64,000 nucleotides of DNA. Source: Octopus vulgaris. Its lineage: Eukaryota. The first letter of the stretch is position 1, and each line of letters opens with the position of its first letter. Shown here piece after piece: positions 11,735-25,419 of the stretch. Below the pieces are notes generated by a model. That model did not search any database. It saw only the letters and a program-made list of their open reading frames with translations, and was not told the DNA's origin. Both the position numbers and the translations under genes were made by a program. Location of the stretch: positions 26,970,001-27,034,000 of the forward strand of contig OX597832.1 of the NCBI GenBank assembly GCA_951406725.2. Direction: 5' to 3'.

Positions 11735-14201
11735 AAATGATGATGATGATGATGATGATGATAATTCTTTGAGAATTTTCTATTCAATTGTTCCATTGAA
11801 CCGAAGCTACCATATTACATAAGTCAAAGTAAACTAGTTTGTTGGTATCATCTTAAGTCTCTGTAGTCGCCCCCTCCTCCACCACACTACCCCACCCCCA
11901 TCCATAGAGTCTTTCTGGCTTATATTACTGCGACCTTGAGGCTGTTTAATGAGAACTACACTTACCTACATTAATTTTCCTTTTTTAATTATTAACATTT
12001 TTTTTTTGTTTATTGCTTTTTCCATCTCAGATAGATTTCTCTTCTAAACAAAACTCGATGCCAAACGAAAGATTTTCCTTTCAAATGGGCCAACTATATT
12101 AATTTACTCGAGCACAATTTGATCTTAAATATAATGCGCCCTGCTCTGACATTCTTCATACCTACACATCAGAGAGGTATATATATGTATGTTGTAAGCT
12201 CATGTTGTTTCTTTTTATGTTTGGCTGTGAGGTGAGAAGTTTGCTTCCCAACCACATGGTTCCAGGTTCAGTCCCACTACATGGCACCTTGGGCAAGAGT
12301 CTTCTACTATATATTTCTTTACTACCCACAAGGGGCTAAACACAGAGGGGGACAAACAAGGACAGACAAATGGATTAAGTCGATTACATCGACCCCAGTG
12401 CATAATTGGTACTTAATTTATTGACCCCAAAAGGATGAAAGGCAAAGTCGAGCTCGGCGGAATTTGAACTCAGAATGTAACGGCAGATGAAATACGGCTA
12501 CACATTTTGCCCGGTGTGCTACCGTTTCTGCCAGTTTGCCACATTTCTTCTACTATAGGCTCAGGCTGACCAAAGCCTTGTGAGTAGATTTGGTAGACAG
12601 AAACTGAAAGAAGCCTGTCGTATATATACATATACACACACACACACAAACTATATACACATGTGTGTGTATGTGTGTGTATGTGCATGCATGTGTGTAT
12701 ATGTGTATGTGTGTGTGTCCTTGTGTATGTGTGTGTGTCCTTGTGTCTGTGTTTGTTCCTCTCCATTGCTTAGCAACAAGTTTTGTTGTTTACATCCCTA
12801 CAACTTAGCAGTTTGGCAAAAGAGGCTGATAAAATAAGTCCTGGGCTTAAAAAATAAAGTAGCGGGGGACGATTTGTTTGACTAAAATAAAAATTCCTTC
12901 AAGGCAGTGCCCCAGCATGGCCACAGTCTAAAACTGAAACTAGTAAAAGATAAAAGGCAGTGGTTCTCACCAATTTTGGCTACGATGTTGAACATTCATT
13001 TTCTCATATTACACACAGGTAAATCTGCTACAAGACTTCAAAAATCCCAGATGAAGAATTCAAGTCGTTGAATTCTTGTAACACTACCTCCCCAGTTATT
13101 GAAGACACAATGATATTATTTTTACCATATTTAAGGCAGCGAGCTGGCAGAATCATCAACATGCCAGACAAAATTCTTAGCGGCATTTCATCTGTCTTTA
13201 CATTCCGAGTTCAAAGTCCACCAAGGTCAACTTTGCTTTTCGTCCTTTGAGATCAATGAAATAAAGTACCAGTCAAGTACTGGGGTCGGTGTGATCAAGT
13301 AAACCCAGCCCTTCTTTCTCCTTGTGACAGCATGTCAGTTAAAATGCTTCGCAGCATTTTTTCTGGTTTAGAGTTACTGAAATATGTACCAGTTAAATTC
13401 TGGGGCTGATATAATCAACTAACCCCCTCCTTGTAAATTTCAGGCTTTGTGTCTAAATTAGAAGCAATTATGTAAAAGATAGTTAATTACCAGTGTTATA
13501 GAGACCCCCTTATATAACTGGTATTTTATCTTATGAACCCTGGGTACACTAACACACAAAGTTGACCTCAGCAAAATTTGAACCTGAGTCACAGAAATTT
13601 CTCTTCCATCTGCCTCCTTATATTTCTCCCCACCCTCTCTCTCTCTCTTTGGATTTTCCCACCCACAGACATGGATTAACACGAAATCCTCTCCTCTTTT
13701 ATCTTCTGCTTGCTTCGCTCATTGAACAGCGACCCTTCTTGGACACAGCCTTGAAGGGCTTTTATTCAAACAGATCAATGCCAGGACTAATTTTTCAGTC
13801 TGGTACATTGTCCATTGGCCACTATTTGCCAAACTGCTAAGTTATGATAATGTAAACAAACCAACAATGGCAGTTAAGCAGTGGTAGGAGGACACACGCG
13901 CACAGGTGCATGACCCTGTGCTTGGGGTGTTGTACTCACAATCAAGCAATAGTAAGTTCAATTCTCAGACCAAGCAGTATATTGTATTCTTGAGCAAAAC
14001 ACTTCATTTCACATTGCCTCAGTCCACTCAGCTGTAAAGGGATAACAACACTGTGATTGACTGGCCTTCTGATCAGGGGGGGAAATGTTGGCCATCTCGC
14101 CTAGCCAGCAGAGTGGCATCATTCAAATACTACAACAATGCAAGGAAGTGCATTGTGACCAATGGTATGTAACAACATCTGAAAGTCTGCACTATACAGT
14201 C

Positions 14202-14254
<53 letters not shown>

Positions 14255-15522
14255 TAAATATATACATATATATACACATATATATACATACACAAACACA
14301 TCTTCTGTCACATCTTCACCATCTTTCTCTCTTCTCTTGTTCTCTCTCTTCTCCATCTGAGGAAGCCATGTCTCTCTTCTAATGCAAGACACCTTTTCTG
14401 TCCCTCAATAGTACTCCACCCCACCCCTGCCTCCACCATCCAGCCTAGGGGGTCTTGTCCTGCAAGTTACCTGATGACCCCACTGATACTGGTGGTACCC
14501 CAAAAAAGCACTTACTACACTCTGTAAAGTGGTTGGCATTAATATGGAAGGGCATTAAACTGTAGAAACCACACCAAAGCTGGTAGTAGAGCTTGGTTTA
14601 GCTTTTTGACTTTAGTTTTTGGCCAGCTCCTGCCAAACCATCCAACCGATGCCAGCATGGAAAATGGGCATTATATGATGATGACAATGATGATGCAAAG
14701 AGATTCCTCCCAGTTTCCATCTGCCAAATTCACTCACATTGTCTAGCTATGGAACTAGAGTAGAAGACACTTGCCTAAGGTGCTGCACCGTGGGGTTGAA
14801 CCTGAAACCTGATGGTTCCAAAATTGAACTTCTTATCCAAACTGCTATGCCTACACCGAGAAAAATGTTTCTATTGTTTATTTTGTTTGATTTTATTTTT
14901 TTTGCTTTATCTTAGAATAATCATCAAAATGAATAATTAAGAAATTAATAAAACAAAAACAAAAAAACAAAAAATTCACCATTTTGCCAAAACATATTTC
15001 ACAAGGAACTGGATAAAATTTTGTTTTATTTACAATCCTAACAAACTGAAATGGAATTTAAATTTTTTAAATTGTGCCTATTTTGGTATTTCTGCATAAT
15101 TGGAAATTATGAAATTCCACGATTGTTACACCAAAAACCAAAATTGCTAATTGTGAGCCTGTGTACGGGTGTTTGTGGGTGTGGAGTGGGGGAGGAGGTG
15201 AGTGCATGTTTGTTGTGTGTATGTGTGTATTTTTGTATGTGTATATATATGTGCGTCTGTGTGGCTGGGAGTGTTTGTGTGCATATCTTTGTGTGCACAT
15301 GTGCATGCATGTGCACGTGCAATTGCCATGTAATCAAAAGAACAATAATACTACAAGAAGTCTTGTATTATTTTCAGCTCCTTTGTGTTCTGTGTTCAGA
15401 TCCCTTCCCACCATGACCTACTTGGGTGGTGACAGACTTAACTAACAAAAAAAGAAAAAAAAACCAAAAAAAAAACCCCACACAGTTTAACACCATCACC
15501 GGGCCTGTTAGGTGCCTTTAGT

Positions 15523-16045
15523 GGAGGGAGGTGATCTTGCACTGGTGTCCAACAATTCGGTATGACACCAGTGCAAAATCAAATCCCTCCAACAAGTCAT
15601 CTTAACGAGACGTCTGCGTTGGCTGGGTCATGCCCTCCGTCGTCAACCAGGAGAATTCATCTACGAAGCAATTGCCCCAGCTCCCCTTCAGGGTTGGCGA
15701 AAGCGATGTGATGGACAACGAAAAACCTGGCTGATGATGGTCAAGGCTGATCTGGAACCCAACCTATGAAGCAATTGCCCCAGCTCCCCTTCAGGGTTGG
15801 TGAAAGTGATGTGGTGGGCAACGAAAAACCTGGCTGATGACAGTCAAGGCTGATCAGGAACCCAACTTAGGCCCCCATGTCTATGGCGTTCGCTGCTGGA
15901 ATAAGGAGTGGTTGGAGATCACACGGTCATTAGCCTCAAATCGCCAGGTCTGGTCAGCGTTTGTGAGAGATGCAGCATTGAGGATGAATGAAGCCAGCTC
16001 AACCCACCCTGGGTGAATGCTGTCTCAAGTCAAGTCAAGTCAAGT
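15523..16045 (+). mobile_element. RTE-clade LINE 3' fragment (same family as 1696-2110) with TSD, 5' inversion and internal duplication
   Basis: High similarity to the reverse complement of 1700-2090; (CAAGT)4 tail; tttagtgga at 15517-15525 and 16045-16053; 103-bp tandem duplication 15661-15763/15764-15866. Confidence 0.85.
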
Positions 16046-16343
16046 TTAGTGGACCCTGCTCTGTTGCAGAAGACATTCAAGCCAGGCTGCCCAGTTTGAG
16101 GATACCTTCCTCTCCACTCCCTTCTCATTCCTTGTCTTGGAGGCCCCGTGAAAGGTCATGTCTACTATCTTTTCTCTTGACGACTATATAAACATATAAA
16201 AAAAAATCAAACAGAGAAATTATAATAGTTTGTTGTATAGTAAGTACATGGCAAAACAGACAATAGGAGCCTGGCACAGCTTTCTGACTTACGAGCTCCA
16301 GTCAAACCATCCAACCCATGCCAACATGGAAATCAGAAGTTAA

Positions 16344-16395
<52 letters not shown>

Positions 16396-16789
16396 CAGAG
16401 TTTTGGAAGGATGCAGTGTCAACTGGTACTTATTTTATCCCTCCACCAAAAAGATAACTTTGATGGAATTTAGTTAGACTCAGAGCATAAAAGTGGGACT
16501 GAACCAGGAACCTTGAGGTTAGTAAGCAAGGTACTTATTACACACCCTCTCCTGTGCCTAGGATGTTAAAAATAAGAAAACACCGTAGAAAGAGTAGAGA
16601 AAGAATACATTTATTGCAAATTAGAGAAAGGGAATTGGTTCGTTAACCAATACCATCATTAGCTCCATCACTACAACCATCACCACCACCATTATCACCA
16701 CTGCCACCATCACAACCATCACCACTACCACTACTACCATCAATACCACCACAATACACAACTAAATGACCACCACCACAACCACCACC

Positions 16790-17238
16790 ACCACCACCAT
16801 CACCATCATCATCATCAATACCAACATCCTAACCACTGTCAGCACTGTCACCAAGACCACCACCACTAACACTGCCATTACCACCACTAACCACACCACC
16901 ACCACCACCACCACCACCACCACCACCATCATCAATACCAACATCCTAACCACTGTCACCAAGACCACCACCACTAACACTGCCATTACTACCACTAACC
17001 ACACCACCACCACCACCACCACCACCATCATCAATACCAACATCCTAACCACTGTCACCAAGACCACCACCACTAACACTGCCATTACCACCACTAACCA
17101 CACCACCACCACCACCACCATCATCAATACCAACATCCTAACCACTGTCACCAAGACCACCACCACTAACACTGCCATTACCATCACTACCACCATCACC
17201 ACCACTAACCACACCACTACCACCACCACCACCACCAT
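16790..17238. repeat. Minisatellite, about 4 units of about 80-95 bp built on (ACC)n
   Basis: Unit atcatcaataccaacatcctaaccactgtcaccaagaccaccaccactaacactgccattaccaccactaacca(cac)n. Confidence 0.9.
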
Positions 17239-18342
17239 TTAAAACAGTTGAACAAAACCATTATTCATGTCCTATTATTTTCCAATGAAGTCCCTCTCCT
17301 CTTTACCCCCATCAAACCCCTCCCCCCATTGTCTCCCACGCAACAAAACAAACTGATTCTCCCACAAAGGGTTCCATGCCCCCACTCCCCACAACCCCCA
17401 TTCCCAACCCGAACTCCTACAATATCAGACCCCTGTTTTTCTGCACAATAAACTAAATCATTATCCAATCAAAGACACCCATGTCACTCACAATAGGAGA
17501 AACCTCTTCCCTTCCACATGACAAACCACGATGATTTTCCACTTTGTGGATTGGCGTTTTATAACTTAACATTATGGTCTTTTGGTGGGAATTGAAGGGA
17601 ACAACGGGGGGGTGGGGACAGAAACATTCTCACCAAGTAGCCGCCAATTGTAATGGTGTATACCACTCAGTCCTGTGTGTGTGTGTGTGTGTGCGTGTAT
17701 GTATGTGTGCAAGTGTTTGTGCATGTGTGTGTGAGTGTATGTGTGAGTGTATGTATGTGTGTGTGCAAGTGTGTGTGAGTGTATGTATTAGTGTGTGTGT
17801 GTGTGTGTGTATATGTGTGTGTGAGTGTATGTGTGTGTATGTGTGTGAGTGTGTGTGTGAGTGTATGTGTGTGTGAGTGTATGTGTGAGTGTATGTATGT
17901 GTGTGTGCAAGTGTGTGTATTAGTGTATGTGTGTGTATGTGTGTGTGTGTGTATGTATGTGTGTGTGAGTGTAAGTGTGTGTGTGTATGTGTGTGTGCGT
18001 GTGTGTGTGTGTATACAGATACTGTGAATACATATATCTATACATCCAAAAATATGTATACACACACGCATATAATTCTGTATGTGTGTGTTAATGGAGC
18101 TGTTTGAACTTGTCAGCATGTGTGTACGCACACACACACACACACACACACACACTGACAAGTCCGAACAACTCCATTAATAACAACAAAACAACTGACA
18201 GACAGTGATGTAGGTGGTGATGGTCGTGGTTGGTGGTAGCTGTTGAGGCTACTGCAACGTTTTTAGTACAGGATACTAAAAAGCTTTTTAAAAGATTGCT
18301 TTTTTGGAATACCAATGTACCAATATTAGGCACACACACACA

Positions 18343-18395
<53 letters not shown>

Positions 18396-19314
18396 TATAT
18401 ATATATATACACATACATATATATATACACATACACACACACACATACATATACAGATATATATATATACATACACACACATGCATACACATATATACAC
18501 ATGCACACACATTTATATACACATACATATATATACACAACACACACACATATATAAATATACACACACACACATATATATATATACATACATATATACA
18601 CACATATATATATATATATACACACATATATACACATATATATATATACACATATATACACACACACACATATATATATACATACACACACACACACATA
18701 TATATATATATACATACACACACATATATACATACACACACATATACACATAAACACACACATATATACACACAAACACACACACACAAACATACTCATT
18801 TATACGCAAATGTGGAGCTACATGAATATTCACACGTCAAAAAATTCTCGAAATTAAGTAACAAACATTATTTACTGTCAGACAAACAATATTAGAAACC
18901 AAAAAAAAAAAAGACCCCAACAAAAAACTCCAAAACAAAAACACAAAAACACCCCAGCTATTTATTGATAATGTGAGTGTATAGGATTGCATGTCTCTAT
19001 TTGTGTGTATAAATGTGTGTGAGAGTATATATAAATATCTGTTTGGAAGTGTTTGTGAATGTACAAATTAGGTGGGTGTTTGTTTGTGTGTGTAAAAACT
19101 TGTAAATGAGAATGTTATTTGTGCATGTATGTATTTTTGTGAGTGTATATTATATATATGTATATGTATATTTATATGTGTGTACGCCTGTATATATACA
19201 CAGTTATGTATTTAAAGACAAGGCATCTGAAATCTCTCTCTCCCTATTTATATATATATACACACAACATACCTCAAATCCCTTATAGCTATGTGATATG
19301 TATATAATATGTTT

Positions 19315-19363
<49 letters not shown>

Positions 19364-19720
19364 CAAACATATTACACCCACACCCCACATGCAGAGGTAC
19401 ATGTCTCATAAATCTATCAGGCACTTGAAAATATGAAAAAAATATTCAAATGCTATATATGGATGTACATATACACCTTGTGTGTGCATGTGCGTATATG
19501 TATATGCCTCTGTGTGTGTGTGTGTGTGCAAATATACATTCACACACACGTACATATATACACACATGCATATATATATATGCACACACATATATATATA
19601 CATACATACACATACTCACATGTATATAGATTATACATATAGATAATATATTCACAAGTACATACATATACACATACATACACACACACTGGCACATACA
19701 TAAAACATGCATGCAGAAAA

Positions 19721-19823
<103 letters not shown>

Positions 19824-19923
19824 CATATATATATATATGTATAAACAGATATATATATAGGTATAGACACACACACACACATATATATATATTTATGTAT
19901 AAACAGATATATATATAGGCATA

Positions 19924-19957
<34 letters not shown>

Positions 19958-20165
19958 GCCAGAGCTCAAGAGAAGTTTCCTTGCAACAGCAGCAGCAGCA
20001 GCAGCAGCAGTAGCAGCACCGGCTTAGAATTCGGTGAAGTCTGCAACGTAGTCCTGAGGAAAAAGTCTGGAGAACAAAAGAGGCAATGCGAAGTTTTAAT
20101 GGAATATGGTATATATATCTGGATATAGCCATGGGCACATGGTGATGGCGGTGACAGTGGTAGTG

Positions 20166-20196
<31 letters not shown>

Positions 20197-23100
20197 CAGT
20201 AGTAGTAGTAATATTAATGGTATTGGCGGTGGTGGTGGTATGTATTGTTACCAAGACCGCAATATGTAAATTATGATGTTAAGATGTGCTATACTGAATA
20301 CAGTCTGGTTGTTATGTAAAACAGCTGAATATATACACACAGACACACACACACAGGGTAGGATCTACATACATAATTGTCTGTGTGTGTGTGTAAGCAT
20401 CGTTTAGCTTTTGCTTGTTTCAGTCATTGGACTGCGGCCATGCTGGGGCACTGCTTTGCTTCGAAGCATTTTCAGTCAAATGAACAAACCCTAGTACTTA
20501 TCCTATCCTATCAATCTCTTTTGCCGAACCGCTAAGTTACGGGGGATGTAAACACACCAGCACTGGTTGTCAAGTAGTGTTGGGGGACAAACAGACACAC
20601 ACACACACACATATATATAGTCTGCCAAATCCACTCACAAGGCTTTGGTCAGCCTGTGGCCATAGCAGAAGACACTTGCCCAAGGTGCCTCACAGTGGGA
20701 CAGAACCCAGGACCATGTCATTGGGAAGCAAGCTTCTTACCACACAGCCATGCTTGCACCTATTATAAACCTGCTTCTGTATGTATGTATATATGTATAT
20801 ATATACTGCTCATCTGTGTAGCTACCCCTATGTCAATCTGTCTGTCTGTCTGTCTGTCTATCTCTCTCTCTCTCTCTATCTGTCTGTCTCTCTATCTCTG
20901 TCTATCTCTCTCTCTGTCTATCTATCTACCTACCTACCTATCTATCTATCAATCCATCCAAACATCCAACCACCCACTCACCCACCCATCCACCCAAATC
21001 CATCCATCCATCTATGTCTGTCTGTCTATTTCTCTGTCTAGTAAACCGTGTTGATCTATTTGTCTAGCTATTTGAATCTCTCCACCCATCTGTCGGCGTA
21101 CCCACTATCTGACTATCTACCCACCCATGTCACCCCTGTATGTCTGCCTGTCAACCCCATCCATCCAACCATCTGCCATTTCATTCATGTCTCTCTTCTG
21201 CTCTATCAATTCATCTAATAGCATTGAAATAGTTACACATTGGCTTCCTTGTTTGCGTGGGTTGTAAAATCATCATCATCATCATCGTTATCATCACCAT
21301 CACCACCATCATCACCACCACCATCATCATCACCACCACCACCACCACCATCATCACCACCACCATCATCATCATCATCATCATCACCATCACCATCATC
21401 ATCATCCAACATCCGTTTTTTTTCCATACTGGCATGGGTTGGATGGCTTGACAGGAACTGGCAAACTGGTAAGCTGCACCAAGGTCCAACTGTGTTTTGT
21501 TTGGCATGGTTTCTATGGTTGGATGCCTTTCCTAAAGCCAGCCATTCTACAGAGTGTACTGGGTACCTTTTTACATGGCACCAGAGCTGCAAACTTCCAA
21601 ATTTGACATGAGAAGGAAAACTTTGAGCTAGTTGCTTAAGAAACTAAGTGGAATACTTAAAGACACACACACACACACTAAAATGTTTTAATAAATGTCT
21701 CATTAATATGAAACATGAGCAAACCTCTATGCCATCACTCACTCCGCTAGAAACAACAACCAAATTCCCTCAATTATATGGTATCTTTTTAAAAAAATAC
21801 AACATTAGAAAATGTAGTCCTAGGTGCACTATGCCTTGGAAAAGGTGAGATAGTCATGCTGGAATCCATACAATTATAGACTTTCATGGTCAGGGCCAAC
21901 TCAGGGTTAAACAACAGCTACAACAATAATATTAGAAAGAAGGATAAAGTTGGTGATGATGGTAGATTTAGCCCAAAGTTAATCTTGATCCAGCAAATCT
22001 TTGATCAAAGCAGTTCCAAGCATGACCTTCCTGTCTTTTCTTCAGACATAGGCTATCTAGGACTAAATTAACTAATGTGTTTTTCATCAGTTCTGATCCA
22101 GCAGATCTATGATCAAAGACCATCATATCTATAATTGAGGCCCAGTCTATCTAAGACTACTTTAATCAATGTCATTCATCAGCTCTGAACCAACAAATCT
22201 ATGCTCAAATATGTTCCAGATGTGACCTTCCTGTCTTTTATTCAGATATAGTATAGCTAGGACTATCAAGGTAGTAATAATTAATTACAAATAAATGGTT
22301 TCAAATTTTGGCACAAGGCCAGCATTTTCAAAGAAGGGGATAAATCAACAATATCAACCTCAGTGCACAACTGGTACCTATTTTATCGACCCCGAAAGGA
22401 TAAAAGGCAAAGTCAGCCTCGGCAGAATTTGAACTCAGAATGTCAAGATGGACGAAATGCTGTTGAGCATTTTGACTGGTATGCTAATGATTCTGCCAAT
22501 TTGCAGCCTTAATTACAAATAAAACCAATTTAGTTAATTATGGCAGTTTAACTTTTTGAGAGTAACGCCAAGACATTGTTAGAGTGGCAGAACATGAGTG
22601 GGTACTAAGTGAGTGAGGGAATGAGTGAGAGTAGAGGTGGATGAGTGAGAGAGTGAGTGAGTGACAAACAGACAGACAGAAATGATAGACCAACAGGGAA
22701 GAAAGAGTAAGTTAGTAAGGGTAGGAGTTGAAAGAGAAAGAGTGAATGAGAGAGAGAGAGGGGGAGAGGGAGAGAGAGAGAGAGAGAAGGAAGAGAGATA
22801 GATACATATCAGGAAAGGAAATGAAATAGTAAGAGTCCAATACTTGAAGTAAGGTCAGTGGGTCAGAGGTGGTGGTGGGGTGGTGGTGGTGGTGGTGGCA
22901 GTGATGTGTGGTTGTGGTGGTGGTGGTAGGCCAGCTGACTCAGCCATTAAGGAACAATCGAAAGTACAAGTGGAAGGTGATGCCATATCCCATTTCACCA
23001 TTCCTTCACAATCTAACATCATCATCATCACCATCATCACCACCACCACCATCATCATCATCATCACCATCATCATCATTATTATTAGTTTCAAGGCCAA

Positions 23101-24481
23101 CATCTTAAGAAACTTCACTAAGTAACCTGACTCTCAAGTGGTGGTGGTGCTGTTTCAACTTTGACCATCAAGTGTGTTCCACCGTGGCTGGCCAAGGGCT
23201 AAACAGCAACAACAACAACAACAACAAATAACTGTGCACATGAGTGTCTAAACATTGTGTGTGTGTATTTGTGCGTGCATACGTGTGTGCGTGCACGTGT
23301 GATATCGGAGTAAAAAGAGATAGAATGTTTGATGTTCGAAGTATTTTCTCTCCCGGAAGGGCAATACCAGTCTTTGTGTGATGCCGCCCTTGCCACGTTA
23401 AGGATGTGTAATAGCCAAGGGCTACAAAACCTAAACCAGGATACTTCATATGTTAATGGAGAAAATCAAATGTAGCTGATAAATGATTATTTTAAAATTC
23501 ATTAAAATCCTATTTTAATTATCATTTGGTTGAGAGAACAATAATGACCTCTTGTAGTATTTCAAATTCTGTGATCAAACCTTAAACGCATGTGGCCAAG
23601 TGGATAGGGTGTTGGTCCCACAATAATTCAAGTCATAAGTTCAATTCCTGAACGGAGTTGTGAATGAATATCTCCCAACTGCTGGTGCATCCCTCTCTCC
23701 CTCCAGCTGCCATATCCTCAATATCTCAATAGGTCTAGAGTGGGAAAGCCAAGATGGTTGTCTGTGTCTGCTTGTAACTACACAGGCACCTTAAACACTT
23801 AGTGATAGCATGGTACTCGCAACCAATTCATACTCACATGCATGTTATGGTTATGCCTTTTTGTTTTTAAATCAAAACTTTAAATGTACTCAAGCCTCGC
23901 CTGGCCCCCGTGCCGGTGACACGTAAAAGCACCATCCGTTTCGTGGCCGTTTGCCAGCTCTGTCTGGCCCCGTGTTGGTGGCATGTAAAAGCACCATCCG
24001 TTTGTGTCCGTTGCCAAGCTCACCTGGCCCCCGTGCCGGTGACACGTAAAAGCACCATCCGTTCGTGGCCGTTTGCCAGCTCTGTCTGGCACCTGTGCGG
24101 GTGGCACGTAAAAAGCACCCACTACACTCACGGAGTGGTTGGCGTTAGGAAGGGCATCCAGCCGTAGAAACACTGCCAGATCTGACTGGGCCTGATGAAG
24201 CCTTCCAGCTTCACAGACCCCAGTTAAACCGTCCAACCCATGCTAGCATGGAAAACGGATGCTAAATGAAAATGATGATAGAGTACACAAAAAGATTTGG
24301 GTGCATATAGTTTCCCTGGGCTTTTCTACATTTTGTCCTCAAAATTTACGTTCTATCTTTATTTTCATACAAAAAAGATTTTCCAATCACCAAAACAAAA
24401 TCTCCTTGACCTTTACATTTTTGTAGGGTTTTCTAACCCCTAAAATTAAAGTGAGTCAGAAATTAAAATAAAGGGGCTTAC

Positions 24482-24751
24482 TTGATCGACTAGAAGTTCT
24501 ATATTCTGTTGGGTTTGTGGTGTCCATTGCCGTAGAATGGCAAAAATTTCTGGAACCAAAGTGGTAGGACGGAGTAAGATTTCATGACATCCTGGACAGT
24601 TGGGGTCGAAGAATGAGAGTTCGGATTTCTGGCAGTTGCTGCAGAGAGGCGGATCAACACACGGATGAATCATAGGGTATTCAGGGTTCTGTTCACAATT
24701 TAGTAGTGGATCAGGCTCAAATATGTTGTCGTCTTCTTCGTCTGTTCGCAT
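24482..24751 (-). CDS. CLIP4: CLIP3/CLIP4-like (CAP-Gly domain-containing linker protein), first coding exon
   Basis: Acceptor TTTTACAG|T ATG and donor CAA|GTAAGC; 270 nt, phase 0. Translates MRTDEEDD...SFFDPNCPGCHEILLRPTTLVPEIFAILRQWTPQTQQNIELLVDQ, matching the recalled CLIP3/4 N-terminal motif FFDPND..CQEIL..P.T.V.ELFAILRQWVPQVQQNI. CLIP3 versus CLIP4 cannot be resolved; probably co-orthologous to both. Confidence 0.93.
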
Positions 24752-25003
24752 ACTGTAAAAGAAAATCAAAAGAACCGCCATCAGAATGGAGCAGGGGGAG
24801 TTAAATGGAAAGGGTGTGGCCACCCTGAAACATTATGCAGAAATATACATGTTGACACAGAAGATCGTTGAATGACACAGGAAACAGACAAAAGATGAGA
24901 CAACAAAACAGACATTCTGATACACCTGGTGACAGGTGAGACAATTTTTTGACATGGTACACTACACATAGTATGGCTTTTCTCTTTTACTTTTATAAGT
25001 TAG

Positions 25004-25419
25004 CTGGCAGCTAAGCCCGGGCTTCACCCGGTCTGTTTGGATGATGTGGCTGTGATCGTTTTCGGTTAGGCATAATCTATAACAGCGTTTGTCAACCTTA
25101 TCATCTTGGGTCCCCTGTTTCGATTGGAGCCTCCAGCTATGTGAAAATTTCCTGACCCCACCCTGTCAGAAAACAGCTTCTAAGCAACTGGTTTGTTTTA
25201 ATGGCAGAAGAAAGGGGAAAATTCTATTAGAAAAAGTTTCAATCGATTTTCTCAGTAAGTATGGGGGGCTAGGTAAAAAAAAATACAAACTGCATTCCAA
25301 TCTATGCACCCGTCTCCACATGTGTGCCATTTTTCACGCGAATCCACCCAACCGTTTGGCTGTGAACCTCAAGACAAGAAAGAATACAACGATCGCCCAT
25401 GTCCAATTTATATTATAGA
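25004..25419 (-). mobile_element. Non-autonomous Helitron-like element
   Basis: Minus strand begins A|TCTATAATATAAA and ends with the GC hairpin CCGGG-TGAAG-CCCGG about 13 nt before a CCAG terminus (a variant of CTRR). Confidence 0.65.

Noticed and set aside
16762-17242. 158-aa Thr-rich (mucin-like) and Val-rich ORFs on both strands
   Set aside because: An (ACC)n-based minisatellite is open by composition; no splice signals or signal peptide; intronic to CLIP.
24752-24823. N-terminal extension MATPFPF...LLIFFYS of ORF 24446-24823
   Set aside because: Corresponds to the polypyrimidine tract and acceptor of the upstream intron; the ORF start is a GTG call. An alternative acceptor near 24824 cannot be excluded.
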